Position numbers and translations under genes: made by a program. Below are positions 50,604 through 63,230 of a stretch of 64,000 nucleotides of DNA, one piece after another (the first letter of the stretch is position 1; each line of letters opens with the position of its first letter). Under the pieces are notes generated by a model. It had not been told where the DNA came from and did no database searches. It saw only the letters and a list, made by a program, of their open reading frames with translations. Origin of the DNA: Phoronis australis (lineage: Eukaryota > Animalia > Phoronida); NCBI GenBank assembly GCA_002633005.1, contig NMRA01000821.1, positions 56,274 through 120,273 of the forward strand. Direction: 5' to 3'.

Positions 50604-53600
50604 CCTCATCAAGCCATTACGATCTGCCTGTTACTTCGAAGTTCAAATATCAAATACGAGAAAAATAAAAATGCAGATTTCTGGGCCAGGCCGTTGAGAT
50701 GAAATGGCGTTTGACAGATATCTATTAGTGAGAAAGCTTGTGTAGCTTGTAATTGAGAAAAAAAATGCACAAAATAGAATGCAAATCGCAACAGTTAGAC
50801 TCGATGTCAACCAAAAATTCATTCTCCTTGGAATAAATTGCACAAGGTTTGCAGTAACGAGTATTAAACGTGAAAGATGATTAGCTCCGTATGGATGAAC
50901 TGAATTAGTCAACGTTTCATAAAATTTATTAGGCACAACTAAGCCCGGGAATGGACCGCTATGTTATTCTCACGGCTGGGGAAGGAGCTGAAAAATTAAG
51001 ATACCCACCTGGGTGGGCTCACAAAGGGACACTTTTTAAGGAGCTTCCGTGAAAACGTTAGTATTACTTAGTCGGTACTGATTTGTAGGGGTTAATTCCA
51101 CAAGTGAAACCCAACCCTTTCCCAGAGGGATTTATAGATAACCATCTTTTTACAAAATCCATCCTTTTACAAGTACAAAAACGAAAACATTCCATGTTGG
51201 AGGCAACCCATTTTGAAGCCACATTTCCAGAAATAAAGATGACCATGGAGACCTTCCGTAATTTTTGATGCAAAGAAGAAACGTTTTGCAGCGTTTTCCT
51301 TTCCCAAAACGAACACGTCTGTAGGGAAGCTAAAGAGAATGGCGCCCTCTCGTGTTTAATTGTGTTACAAAAATGCCCATTTCACAAGGAAACTGTGGTG
51401 GTAAAATGATCAAACGTCCGAGCAACACTTTTGTCACACCTCTGTTGTGGTAGTGCCCCCACAAGCAGACTTCTATTCACAGTACAGTCGCAATGAATTG
51501 TGCCGAGAGTTGCTTGAAGTCGCTTAAGGTCGAAGATTACATTTTCATGTAAGGGAAATGTGCTCCGTCGATGTCTTGCCATACCAAACAAGGAGACGTG
51601 ATTTGCCTTGTGGGAGAAACGTTAACGAAGTGACGATCAGTTGAAAGATCGTTTTTTTGATATTTGAAACTAAAAGAAAATGCTTTGATATTAACAGAAA
51701 TTAAAAACGTTCCAAATAAACCCTAAAAATTCCTGGTGGGCAGGTTGAGTTCTGTTTTAGTGATGGAGGAACACTTTCAGTGTTGCAATGTAGTCTGTTT
51801 ATCGCATTCCAGGCCTCTTTAAGTCATACGTTCGGTTTTGGATCTATGGCAGCTTTAAATGACAGTAATGCCAGTCAAACCTGTGATTTTTTAGAAACAT
51901 TTAATCAATGTTCTTCACGTGTGTTGTGCAAAGTCTGTCTATTCAATTGTGAATGTTAATTGGAAGGGACAAAACAAAGCGTAGTCGAAAGCGTAAACGT
52001 TAACATTTCAAAAAGCGTCATACATTAACTTGAAGAGGGAATTCTGCTAGATGGTTCGCGTAAACGGTATGCTTTTTGGCATACCGGGTAAATATTAAAG
52101 CTCTCTATAGATACTTCTAAAACCCTGCAACAAAAACGCATCCAAACTTGACACCAACACGAATGCATTTAATTTTTTGTATTTGACAGATTAATATCAC
52201 AGCAGGAGGCACGTTTGACTGCACCGTTACAGTCGGTGTTATGATGGAAAATACGCTTCCCGGGGGTTATTTCTTTGTAGAATTGAGTTAAGGGGTTCCG
52301 CTCAAAGTGAGCATTGCTATATTGAGATGGCGACTTCCGTGATCAGCAGTTGCTGTGCCAGGTGCCGTGAAAATGGCAAATGCGAGCGGTTTGTCGTGCT
52401 GATCAAAGTCGGAGTGAAAACAAATTAAGAGTTAATCTCCAGAGTTAATTTGAACAAGAGACCTAACCAAAGCGCACTGTGGTAACAACTTCTCCTTAAT
52501 ACGCATTTTTGAACGAAATAGAGCATTGTACATTTCCAGAAAATCCGACTTTCCTGGGACAGACAGCCGGTGGGTTTACATACATTTCCCGTCTTACAGA
52601 AATAACTTAACACGGCCCACTACTGATTGGCTTTAAGCGTAAACTTAAATATTCTAACGTTACCACTTACTCTAGTTAACCGATTGAATACCTCTCTGAG
52701 TCTAAAAATTCTTGGAATGATCTCCACCTGTCAGCTTAAAGATAACCTTTCTTTTACATTCACCATTTCAAAACACAGGACGAGTTTTTCTGAAGCATGC
52801 CATTAAAATAATAAGCTATTCGTAACTTTTAGCCCTGTTTGCATTATTTTACTATTCAATTTTATTTTATCTTGAAGTGAGTGGGGTTTCAGCAGAAATT
52901 TCATTCAAGCTAAGATAAGATAAGGTAAGATAAATGTTATTAAAGTCTCCGTTTAAAAATACATACACATGATAAACATGCAGAATAAATGTCTTTCCAG
53001 ACACGTTAGAGACCACGTGACTATAAAATCATAGAAATGAGAACTATTACTATGAACATTATATTACTTTAGAACCGAACGATATTGCCTCTTTTTTTAA
53101 AACTGATAGGCAGGTTCTGGCAATCAACCGCAAATCTATCCCATTATCAAAACACATGAGGGGAGACAATTTTTCTTCATCATTTAAAAGATGTAAGATC
53201 GTCGTTTAATTGATCAAACACCGGCCCTGGTTATAGATTCTATCTTCGTAGCTCAGGCCACAATAGCTAACTAGCTCAACCCCCAATGGGGCCAGTACTT
53301 GACCTGAAAGCATCCAGAAACCTTCGATCCCTGCGACTTGGATTAGAACATAAATGTGGTTTAAGAACCAGAGTTGACTTAAAATTTCTTTACAGCCTAA
53401 GTTTGTTTCCTGACCTTGGTCTTATATCTGGACACATTACATATGGCGCCGGTTGAATGAGTACCCATAATGCATGAGCCAACTCTCACTTTCTACGACA
53501 TCCATTTTAGGTGGTGGTGGAACATCATCAAAATAAAAATCAAACTAAAAATTCACATTAAATTCAGTTAACTTTGATAATATTCGGAATTGAATAAACA

Positions 53601-56036
53601 GTATTTGCATTTAGGCTCCGACTGAATTCACTTGCGTTAATATATATTCAATGAAATTTTAACTAAAACAGAGCGGAAAGGGAATCTTTAATCGACACCA
53701 AATGCACGTTCGGTACGCAAAGTGGACTTTTTATTTAGACCACATAACGATAGAGAATTGATCCCGAGCTTTTCTTCACGCACACGAGCCCCATAAGATA
53801 ATACTGGTATTGCAGGATTATAGTGAGTTATTTTACTTGATTGCCACTTGTGCATTTGTTGCAACCTTTTAGCATCATCTGAACTAACATTTGATCCTAT
53901 GCTGTTCTTTTAGATATTTAAGAGTGACTCCATATAGGTAGTTTCTTGTCATGCAATTGTTAAAAATTGGACTGAGGTAAGGAGAGGCATTGTCTATCTT
54001 TTTTTCTCAGCGTCAGATACTTTCACGAAAAAGATGGCGTTGACTAACAACGCAATGAGATAAGCAGACTACATGTATTTAATACTTTGCTGTGGTGTAT
54101 CGGTTGTTTTCATCTTTAGACCGTGCTGATTGAAATTGTCATCTTGGTTTCATTATTTTGAGGAAAATCCCAGTCTAGTTGCATTTGTTTGTTCTCTTGC
54201 CGCAGTGGGAATCAAGAATGGTTAATAGTCGTTACAGCCTCAGATAGGGTAATTTTTCTGATAAAGAACAGTTTAAATCTCATTTCGCTTCTTGCACGGA
54301 ACGCCAGTGTATTCATGTAGCAGCTTTAAAATGCCATTAATTCAAACCCAACTTCGATTTTCACGAAGCGTGTAATCTACTTACTACGTAAAATGATTAA
54401 ATTCTATCTATTCAATTAAAAATGTCAATTGAAAAATACAAATAACAGCGTTCTCAAAAACATAAACGTTAACATTTCAAATAGTCCCATGCATTGATTT
54501 GAAGAGGGAGTTCTCCCAGGGACCGTTCACGATTATCGCCGTTTTCACAAACGTGCAAACCGCGCGCTTTAGAGGGGAGGGGCTTGATATTAGCGCGCAC
54601 TGTTGACGTCATAAAACGGCAAAGTCTAATAGCAAGAATCAACATTAGATAATTGATTTTCACACCGTAAAACTTAACAAAACCAACAATAACAGCAATG
54701 TTGCCAAGATCCAACCCGGCCTACAGGATGTACGAAAAAACGCAAGACTGCACCTGTTGTTTACCGCTTTCTTCGAAATACAGTGTCAATCAAAAGCGTC
54801 GTCTGTTCCCGGTTGTGATCTCAACTTAGCTGGGGATTCAGTTGTCTACACAGACAAAACCAGTTTGCAAAAAGTCTCTCAACAACTATCGACATTTCGT
54901 AAATGCACATTGTTAAGTCTGTGCCAGGAGCGACACCTATTCGGAGAAGTCAAAAAGGGACAGCATTCCTAATCGGACTTGAATCGTGACCGTCGCAAAA
55001 TCATTGCGAGCGGGTTCGATCGAGCATTTGACAAAAGGAGAATTTATCTAAATCGAAAATCACAGACTTTTTCGGAATTCAATCCAAGGTGTGCTTTCTT
55101 GTTTCATTATTTAGAAAAAAGTTAAAAACATGAAACAAAATCCTCCATTTGTCAATATATGGCGGTCTACTCGACGTAGGTCTAGGGCCTGCATGTTTAC
55201 AGAATGCTGACGTGTTATGTTGATATCGCGTGGATTTCATTGGTTTATACGAGTGCAAAGCATGTAAGATAGCTGGGAAAAAACAAAGATGACTACAAGG
55301 CACTCGTTTACGTATGAACGAATGCAATGCACACGTTCTGAAAAGAACACATTGGTGTTCAATATAGACGCACGTGTACATTAAAGTGGAACTTGCACGC
55401 TTATTCCTTACCTCTGTGATTGCTTGGCCACATTAGTTAGAAACACAACATATAGCGACGATGTGAATATGAAGTAGATTGAAAATTACCAATTGTTTTT
55501 AAGAACGAGTTTTGCGTCGATAATGATCACCGTAAATAACTCAGCCATGTCCAGTAAGTATGATGACGTGGTGTTGGGGAATAACACTGCATGGTGCGGG
55601 CTATGTGAGCCCCCAAGGTACGTTATTAGTGAAAAGTTCACTTATTTGAGGAATTTTTTGTTTCCACATTTACAAGTTGTCAATGAATACAACTGCCCTT
55701 TGTTCAGCAAAGATGATGTTCAAATAGTATTGTCGTTTAGTTCCTGCTATACATTAGCATAGTTAGGAGCATGCAAATATATCTTTAAATGTGTAAGTGA
55801 CCTTGCCTATGATCATTGTCCGACGCCGCGTCCTTAAATAATTTTTTCTGTCCCCTCAGTTCTAGCCTCACTCCTCTGAGGCGAGTAGGTAAAATATATC
55901 ACTTTTCACTTTTGTTGGTGGAGCACGCTTACTTTTGTCAGATTACAAGAACATTTCGAGTCACACACATGATTCACACTCTGATAGCGAGGTATCGAAC
56001 AAGCTTCGATTTTGACTTACATGTATGATATGATAC

Positions 56037-56459
56037 TGCTGTGCGTGAACTTGAAATCCTGCTTAATCTCATGATCTCGTATGCGTGAACTTGGAATTGA
56101 ATATTACTTAAGACAAAAAGGTGAAATTTTTGTTCGGTGAAATGAATTTTTGTAATTATTGGCCTTGCAATCAAACATTTTCTTCTTTACCGTAACTTAT
56201 GTCTCTGAACCGGAGGAATATGTGAATGGCTAAACCGATTATTGTTTGGTGAAACTGATCGCTCGTAGTTGAAAAGGTTGGTTAAAGTTGACATTATTTT
56301 ATTCAAATGTAATTTGATTTAGTGTAGTGCAAATTTTAATGAACATTAACGTGATTATTTGAGTGAAGTTGTCAAGTTGCCTGGCGTATTCCAAGTTCAC
56401 GCAACACTCACTTCTGCTTAATCTTGAGATTAAGCAGGATTCCAAGTTCACGTACAGCA
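56037..56459 (+). mobile_element. MITE with ~20-bp TIRs (TG...CA) and a 4-bp TSD (ATAC)
   Basis: tgctgtgcgtgaacttgaaatcc ... ggattccaagttcacgtacagca, with ATAC at 56033-56036 and 56460-56463. Confidence 0.9.
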
Positions 56460-57610
56460 ATACATGTACATGCTCCCAAATAGGTACTTGACGCCGATTA
56501 TATTTTATGGCCATGCTATTTAAGTTCCACCATTAAGGTCCCACCCTCGATCCGCTGGTAATCACTGGTCACATTTGGAGACAGTCGGGCGACGATCGGA
56601 ACATAATAGACGCTCCGTTGCACCTTTAAATTACTACAACCATTACCGATAAAAAGTGCTTGACGACGCTCAGCCATCGGGATAGCGGCTGTATCGATCT
56701 TGCATCTCCCGTTTTGTGGCACTGTAGTGCAAAAATGAATCAAATTGCACGAAGTATTGTTTGTAATCAATATATTTTTATACCACGTCACTGTACATAA
56801 CAACACCTATGTGAAGTACACTTTAGATCATGTACATACATGTAGACCTAAAACATCGCTATTTGTGTTTGCTTTCGGGAGGGAGGACACCTTATGGTTT
56901 GTATGCTGCTACATGCGTGAAAATGGAGGTAGTTGTGAGCGGTCCCTGCCATGGTTCTGGAAAACCCTTCTGTTATTGTTGCAGGGGCAAAGAAATTGAC
57001 GCCGAGAACCAGTTTTCATTGAATAACGACAATGTTCGTTATTCAGTTAAACTAGTTTCGGGTAGCCATTTTGAAGGGGGACCCGTTTACACCACTTTTA
57101 CAAAAGAGTTTGATATCCTTAAATTAATCCGTTTGAGAGGCAACTAAATCAGAAAATGAACCCTTCCGTGGGCAATTTTGTTGAAAAAGGTACCAACTCC
57201 CAAAGAGAATACGGTCATGAAAAAATCACCCACATAAGCAGCATAAAGCATATTCTATGGAGGTTATCCCCCGACGCGCCTGTTCAGTGAACAGCCAAAG
57301 TACCTGGGTTGTGCCAAGAAACAAGGCGATTCGGGGTTCACGCCCTGTTGTATTTAAAGCGGTTATAGACCAGACTTCCACCACAAAAATAACTCTGAAT
57401 CCCGACCACTTACTGTTGGGAAATTGGCCTCAAATTTTTTTTTAGTCTAATAGGGCCGCCCCGGATTACACAGCAACACTCAAATCTCGCTGTATTTACC
57501 CACAATGCCGTAAACATCCGTCAGGCACATATGCTGCCTCGTTTTCAAGCCACTGGAGTTTCACGTTATTGTTTGTTGTCTGATTCTTTACAGATTTTTC
57601 TCGCTTGCAT

Positions 57611-57984
57611 TGCTGTGTGTGAACTTGGAATCCTGCTTTTTCTCAAGATCGCGTATGCGTGAACTTGGAATTGAGTATTATTTAAGGCAAAAAGATGACA
57701 TTTTTGTTCGGTGAAAAGCATTTTTTGTTATTGTTGGCCTCGCGATCAACCATTTTCTCGTTTACCGTAACTTATGTCGCAGAACTCGCCCGTGGTTAAA
57801 AAGGATGGTTAAAATTGCATTTTTTATTCAAATGTAACTTGATTTAGTGCAGTGCAAATTTTTGTGAACATGAACGTGATTATTTGAGTGAACTTGTCAA
57901 GTTGCCTCGCGTATTCCAGGTTCACGCAACACTCACTTCCGTTTAATCTTGAGAGTAAGCAAGTTTCCAAGTTCACGTACAGCA
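57611..57984 (+). mobile_element. MITE of the same family, with a 4-bp TSD (GCAT)
   Basis: tgctgtgtgtgaacttggaa ... ttccaagttcacgtacagca, with GCAT at 57607-57610 and 57985-57988. It is absent at the equivalent site of the sister unit (~60735). Confidence 0.9.
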
Positions 57985-58006
57985 GCATTACTATATTCGT
58001 CCTTCC

Positions 58007-59920
58007 AATACCAATGGCGTGTTACTACTGTGCTGTGGGTTGCAACTCCAACGTGAGAAAGTTTGATAAACTGAACAAATACCCGTGTATGCGTGATATG
58101 AAATTTTCCCCTTCCCGACACCATTGACAGACACGATTCTATAATGATATCCCGCGCTTTCTTACCTCTGGGACAAAGGAGAGTTCAATCACCATGTAAT
58201 CCGGGGATTAGAGAGAACTGACAGTTCGTTATTCGTGGAGATTGGGATCTACAAGTTATCTTGTCCTGCCGTGTCATTACGTCACTTGGGTGTAACCTCA
58301 ACGAATAGCGAACTGCCACTTCTTCGCAAATCTAGGCATCATTCCAGTTTTATCTGAGCAAGAAATACGGCGAGATAAATTTTATAAAGGTAAGAAGTCT
58401 GAGGAGACAGTGTGATTCATTCATTCTCTCGTAGTTTGAGCTTCGGGCTCCCGTTTGTCAGACTCACGGTTCGAATCCTGGCTTTAGTGGCAAACAATCG
58501 AGCATTGCTCGGTCTTCCTAGTGAATGTATGCAAGCAGTGAACCTGGATATAATGCAAAAGCGATTTGTGAGACAATGCTCAATATTGTGTCTAAATCAA
58601 AAGTTGGGTTTTGGACGAACGCTGCTTTAACTGGTATTAATTTACGTCAAACTTCGATTTTAAGGAACAGTTAATCAACGTACCTCACGGGGTGTGTAAA
58701 TTCTTTCTATTCAATTGTGACTGTCAATTAAAAAATGAAAAATAACTGCGTCGTGGAACGCGTCACCGTTCACATTTCAAATAGTTTCATGCATTAATTT
58801 GAAGAGGGAGTTTTCCAAGGGACCGTTCGCGATTATCGTCACTTATTGCAACGGGTAAATATCAAAGTCGTTTTTAGTTGCTCTAAAAACCCGAAACAAA
58901 ACGCACTTAAATTAGACATGAGCTTGAATAAATACCGATTTTTCGCGTTCGGCTCAAGAGCAACGCTGCATGGAATTAATGACTGATTGGATTTTTGCTA
59001 TCGGTTTTACAGCCGAAAAAACATCTCCGGGGGTTTTTGATAGTGGGTCTGAGTTCTTAAAGCTGCTACTTTCGACTGGTGGTATAAGGCAGCAAAATCT
59101 GTCTGTGATTTTATTAAGAGGTCTCTAGTGGAAAATTATCTTAGTGAAAGCGATACGGTGAACCCATCAGCAGTGCTGGGCACCGTAGAAACTGCAAACG
59201 TGTGGATCGCATTGAAAGAATGACGCACATGTGAACAAATATAGCGCTTGAGTACCGTGTGACATTCCACAAATTCCTTTTCATTCTCGGTGAGAATGCT
59301 GGGTTGACTTGCATACCTTTTCCGTCTGCCACGAATAACTTAGTCATTCTCATGCGCTTTGGTTTGACTTTAAAGAAGCATTATTTTTAATGCCAAAATG
59401 CGTTCTTGGGATTATCGTTGAATGATGTTGACTTTCTGAAGTTATTCGACCAGGGCTATAAAAAAAATCCGACGTTTTGTGATTTTTGCAAATCTCCATC
59501 CCCTGTCCGACATTCGCTGAAACAAAGCCTTGTGGCTTTCTTTACCAATTGCCATCTCTCTCAATGGTTGATTAGAAGTGTCTGCTTTATTTGACTGGGG
59601 AGGTCTTCGCGCATTATTCTTTATACTAGTTTGAAGGGTCTGAGCCTAGTTTTCCAGTTAAACTATTTGTCACTTTGGTGTATTTAAAAGAAATTGATAT
59701 TCAAACTTTTTACATTTTCTTGTTCTGCTGTTTTTAGACATTTGATTTTATTGATGTAACGCAATGCTCAATTTTCAGCGTCAGATATTTTCCCAAAAAA
59801 GGAATATTGAAAGAGACCGCACTCACAAAACTGTATGTTTTAATGCTGTGTAATAGTTGCCTGATTCTTAATGGCGTCATTAGGAGCGTTGAATGAAAAA
59901 TCCTGTTCTTGACACTATTT
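58007..59920 (+). pseudogene. Decayed THAP-domain + HTH + DDE transposase relic (ISL2EU/PIF-Harbinger-like), copy 1
   Basis: THAP-like start (PMACYYCAVGCNSNVRK...KYPCMRDMKF), CHYV near 58272, and HTH-like fragments FLFIL and AYLFRLPRIT at ~59270-59340. Further fragments RHSLK, LVAF and TGRSS follow. It has many stops and frameshifts and was recognised by eye only. Confidence 0.5.
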
Positions 59921-60753
59921 ATTATGTAGAAATCTCATATTGCATGTAGTACTTAAAGGCATTTGCAGAGTTCCTGGATGAAAAATTTTCATATAAAAGC
60001 AATTTCAGAGGCGCGTTTTTCGCCTTTGACGAAACTCATTTGATTAGCACATTTTTGGAAGAAGACTTGATGCCATACGGCTACAATAAATGCCACATTT
60101 TAATTGCTGCGTTATACTGGGTCAGTAACACTCATATTCAAGATTCATAACTGGTCACGTGACGTTTATTGGAAACATTAGACACACGATTCAGTAACTC
60201 TAATTAAATTTTAAAAAATTCTTCTGGCATAAGGTGGCTCATTACCACCATCAATCTCCGAATAATTTGGATTCTACATTTAAGAGAGCGAAAGCTTAGA
60301 AAATGAACCCTTTCGTGGACAATTTTGTTGAAAAGGACACCATCTCGCAAGGAGAACACGGTCATGAAAAATTCACCCATATGAGCAGCATAAACCCTAT
60401 TCTATGGAAGTAACCCCCAGGCACTCCTGTTCAGTGAACAGCCAAAGTACGTGGGTTGTGCCAAAAAACAATGTGATCCGGGGTTCACGCCGTTTCGTTT
60501 TTAAAGCGGCTATAAACCAGCCTTCCATCACACAAAATAAGTTTTGAATTCCGATCACTTACGGTTGTGAAATTGGCCTCAAATTCTTTCCTAGTCTAAT
60601 AGGGCTATCCTCACAACGAAACTCGAATTTCGCTGTATTTACCTACAATGCCGTAAGCATCTGTCAGGCATATATGCTGCCTCGTTTTCATGCCATTGGA
60701 GTTTTACATGTTATTTTCATTGTCTGATACTTTACACTTTATTCATTCTTCCA

Positions 60754-63230
60754 ATGCCAACGAAGTATTACTACTATGCTGTGAGTTGCAACTCCGACGT
60801 GATAAAGTTTGATAAACTGGACAAATACCCGTGTATGCGTGATCTGAAATTTTTCGCCTTCCCGAAAGCAATGACAGACACGAAAATGTGCCTGATTTCC
60901 AAAATGAGGTCACGCGCTTTCTTATCTCCTGTACAAAGGAGAGTTCAATAGCCATGTAATCCGGAGCGGCCCTATTTGAGGGATTCGAAAGAACTGCCAG
61001 TTCGTTATTCGTGGAGATTAAGATCTACAAGTTGACTTGTCCTGCCGTGTCATTATGTCACTTGGGCATAACCTCAATGAATAGCGATCTGCAAGTTGAC
61101 TTGTCCTGCCCTGTCATTACTTGTCACGTCGGTATAACCTCAATGAATAGCGATCTACAGGTTGACTTGTCCTGCCGTGTCATTACGTCACGTGGGTATA
61201 ACCTCAATGAATGGCGATCTACAGGTTGACTTGTCTTGCCGTGTCATTATGTCACTTGGGCATAACCTCAATGAATAGCGATCTACAAGTTGACTTGTCC
61301 TGCCCTGTCAATACGTCACGTAGGTATAGTCTCAACGAATAGCGATCTACAAGTTGACTTGTCTTGCCGTGTCATTACGTCACGTGGGTATAACCTAAAC
61401 AAATAGCGATCTACAACTTGACTTGTCCTGCCGTGTCATTACGTCAAGTGGGTATAACCTCAATGAATAGCGATCTACAGGTTGACTTGTCTTGCCGTGT
61501 CATTACGTCACTTGGGCATAACCTCAACGAATAGCGATCTACAAGTTGACTTGTCCTGCCGCGTCATTACGTCACGTGTGTATAATCTCATCGAATGGCG
61601 ATCTACAAGTTGACTTGTCCTGTCCTGTCATTACGTCACGTGGGTATAACCTCAATGAATAGTGAACTGTCACTTCTTTGCAAATCTAGGCATCACTTCT
61701 TATCTCTCGTAGTTTGAGCTCCTGGCTCCCGTTTGTCAGACTCACGGTTCGAATCCTGACTTTACTGGCAAACAATCGAGAATTGCTCGGTCTTCCTAGT
61801 GAATGTATTCAAGGCAGTGAAGCTGGATATGAGACCAAAGAGATTTCTGAGACAGTGCTCAATATTGTGTCTGAATCAAAAGCTCGTTTTTTGGACGAAC
61901 ACCGCTTTAACTGGCATTACATTTAATCAATTTACCTCACGGGGCGTGTAAATTCTGTCTATTCAATTAAAACTGTCAATTAAAAAATGAAAAACAACGG
62001 CGTTGTCTCATGCATTAATTTGAAGAGGGAGTTTTCCCAGGGACCGTTCGCGATTATCGTCAGTAATTGCACCGTGTAAATATCAAAGTTGTTTTTAGAT
62101 GCCGTAAAAATCCTAAACAAAACGCAATAAGTTAGTCATAAGTTAGAGTAAATATCAAATTTTCGCATTCGACTCAAGTGCAAAAGAACGCTGCATGGAA
62201 TTAATCACTGATTGCATTTTAGCTATCGGATTTACAGCCGAAAAAAACACATATCTCCGGGGGTTATATTATGGCGGGACTGAGTTCTTAAAGCTGCTAA
62301 TTTAGGCCAGTGCTTTGAAGGACGAAAACCTATTTGGGATTTTATTTACAGGACTCTTGTGGAAAATTAACTTAGTGAAACCGAGGCGGTGACCCTATCA
62401 GCTGTCCCGTTGCTAGGCACCGTGAAAATTACAAACGAGTGCTGTCTCAGGGTAGAGCTGAACAAGCCGGCGTGAACAAATCAAGGGATAGTCTGTTGAG
62501 GATATTTGTAAAAAAGAAGCGAAGAGCCGAAACGCATTCAAGGAGTGACGCATATGAGAACGAAATAAAGCGCGTGACTGCCTTGTGACATTCCACAAAT
62601 TCCTATTCATTCTCGTTGAGACATCCGGGTATGTTTGCATACCTTTCCCGTCTTTCATGAATAGCTTAGTCATTCACATGCGCTTTAGGTTGATTTTAAA
62701 TGGGCATTCTTTTTACTGCCGAAAAACTTGTTCTTGGAATTATCGTTGGATGATGTAAACTTTCTGGGGTTATTCGATCAGTGTCATTAAAGAACGAAAT
62801 CCGATGTTTCTGTGCATATCTCCAGTTCTCAGACCCTGCCCAACATTCGCTGAAACCAAGCCTGGTGGATTTACCTGTTGACACCTCTCTCAAAGGATGA
62901 TTATAAGTGTTTGCTTTATTTGACTAGGAAGTTCTTCGCACATTATCCTTTATACCAGTTTGTAGGGTCTGAGCCAAGTTTTCCAGTTAACCTATTTGTC
63001 ACTTTGCTGTACTTTCAAGTAATTGATATTCAAACTATTTATATTTTCTTGTTCTGGAATTTTTTAGAAATTGTAGTTTAGTGGTGTAAAGCTTTGCTCA
63101 TTTTTCAGCGTCAGATATTTTCCCAAAAAAGAAATTTACTCAGAAAACTGCTTTGTTCTTTAACGCTGTTGTCTGCTTCTTAGTGACGTCATTAGAAGCG
63201 TTGACTACAATCCTAGTCTTGACACTATTT
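60754..63230 (+). pseudogene. Decayed THAP-domain transposase relic, copy 2
   Basis: ORF 60754-60951 MPTKYYYYAVSCNSD...KYPCMRDLKFFAFPK resembles the THAP N-terminal pattern MP..C.A.GC.N...F..FP. Downstream sequence is collinear with copy 1. Confidence 0.55.
61022..61663. repeat. 64-bp minisatellite, 10 copies
   Basis: Units start (gatct) at 61022, 61086, 61152, 61216, 61280, 61344, 61408, 61472, 61536 and 61600. Consensus: gatctacaagttgacttgtcctgccgtgtcattacgtcacgtgggtataacctcaatgaatagc. Confidence 0.97.

Noticed and set aside
50391-50612. Repetitive ORF (FYKFLQVSTS)n
   Set aside because: It is a translation artefact of the 10-bp tandem repeat.
54540-55080. Possible second THAP/transposon fragment inserted in the array
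   Set aside because: The segment is CpG-rich and interrupts the repeat, but I found no TIR, TSD or convincing protein motif.
58465-58480. tRNA gene from the B-box ggttcgaatcc (also ~61745 and ~502)
   Set aside because: No cloverleaf or clear A-box. At most these are SINE-like remnants.
61022-61663. CRISPR-like regular array
   Set aside because: Units are contiguous with no unique spacers, there are no cas genes, and the context is eukaryotic.
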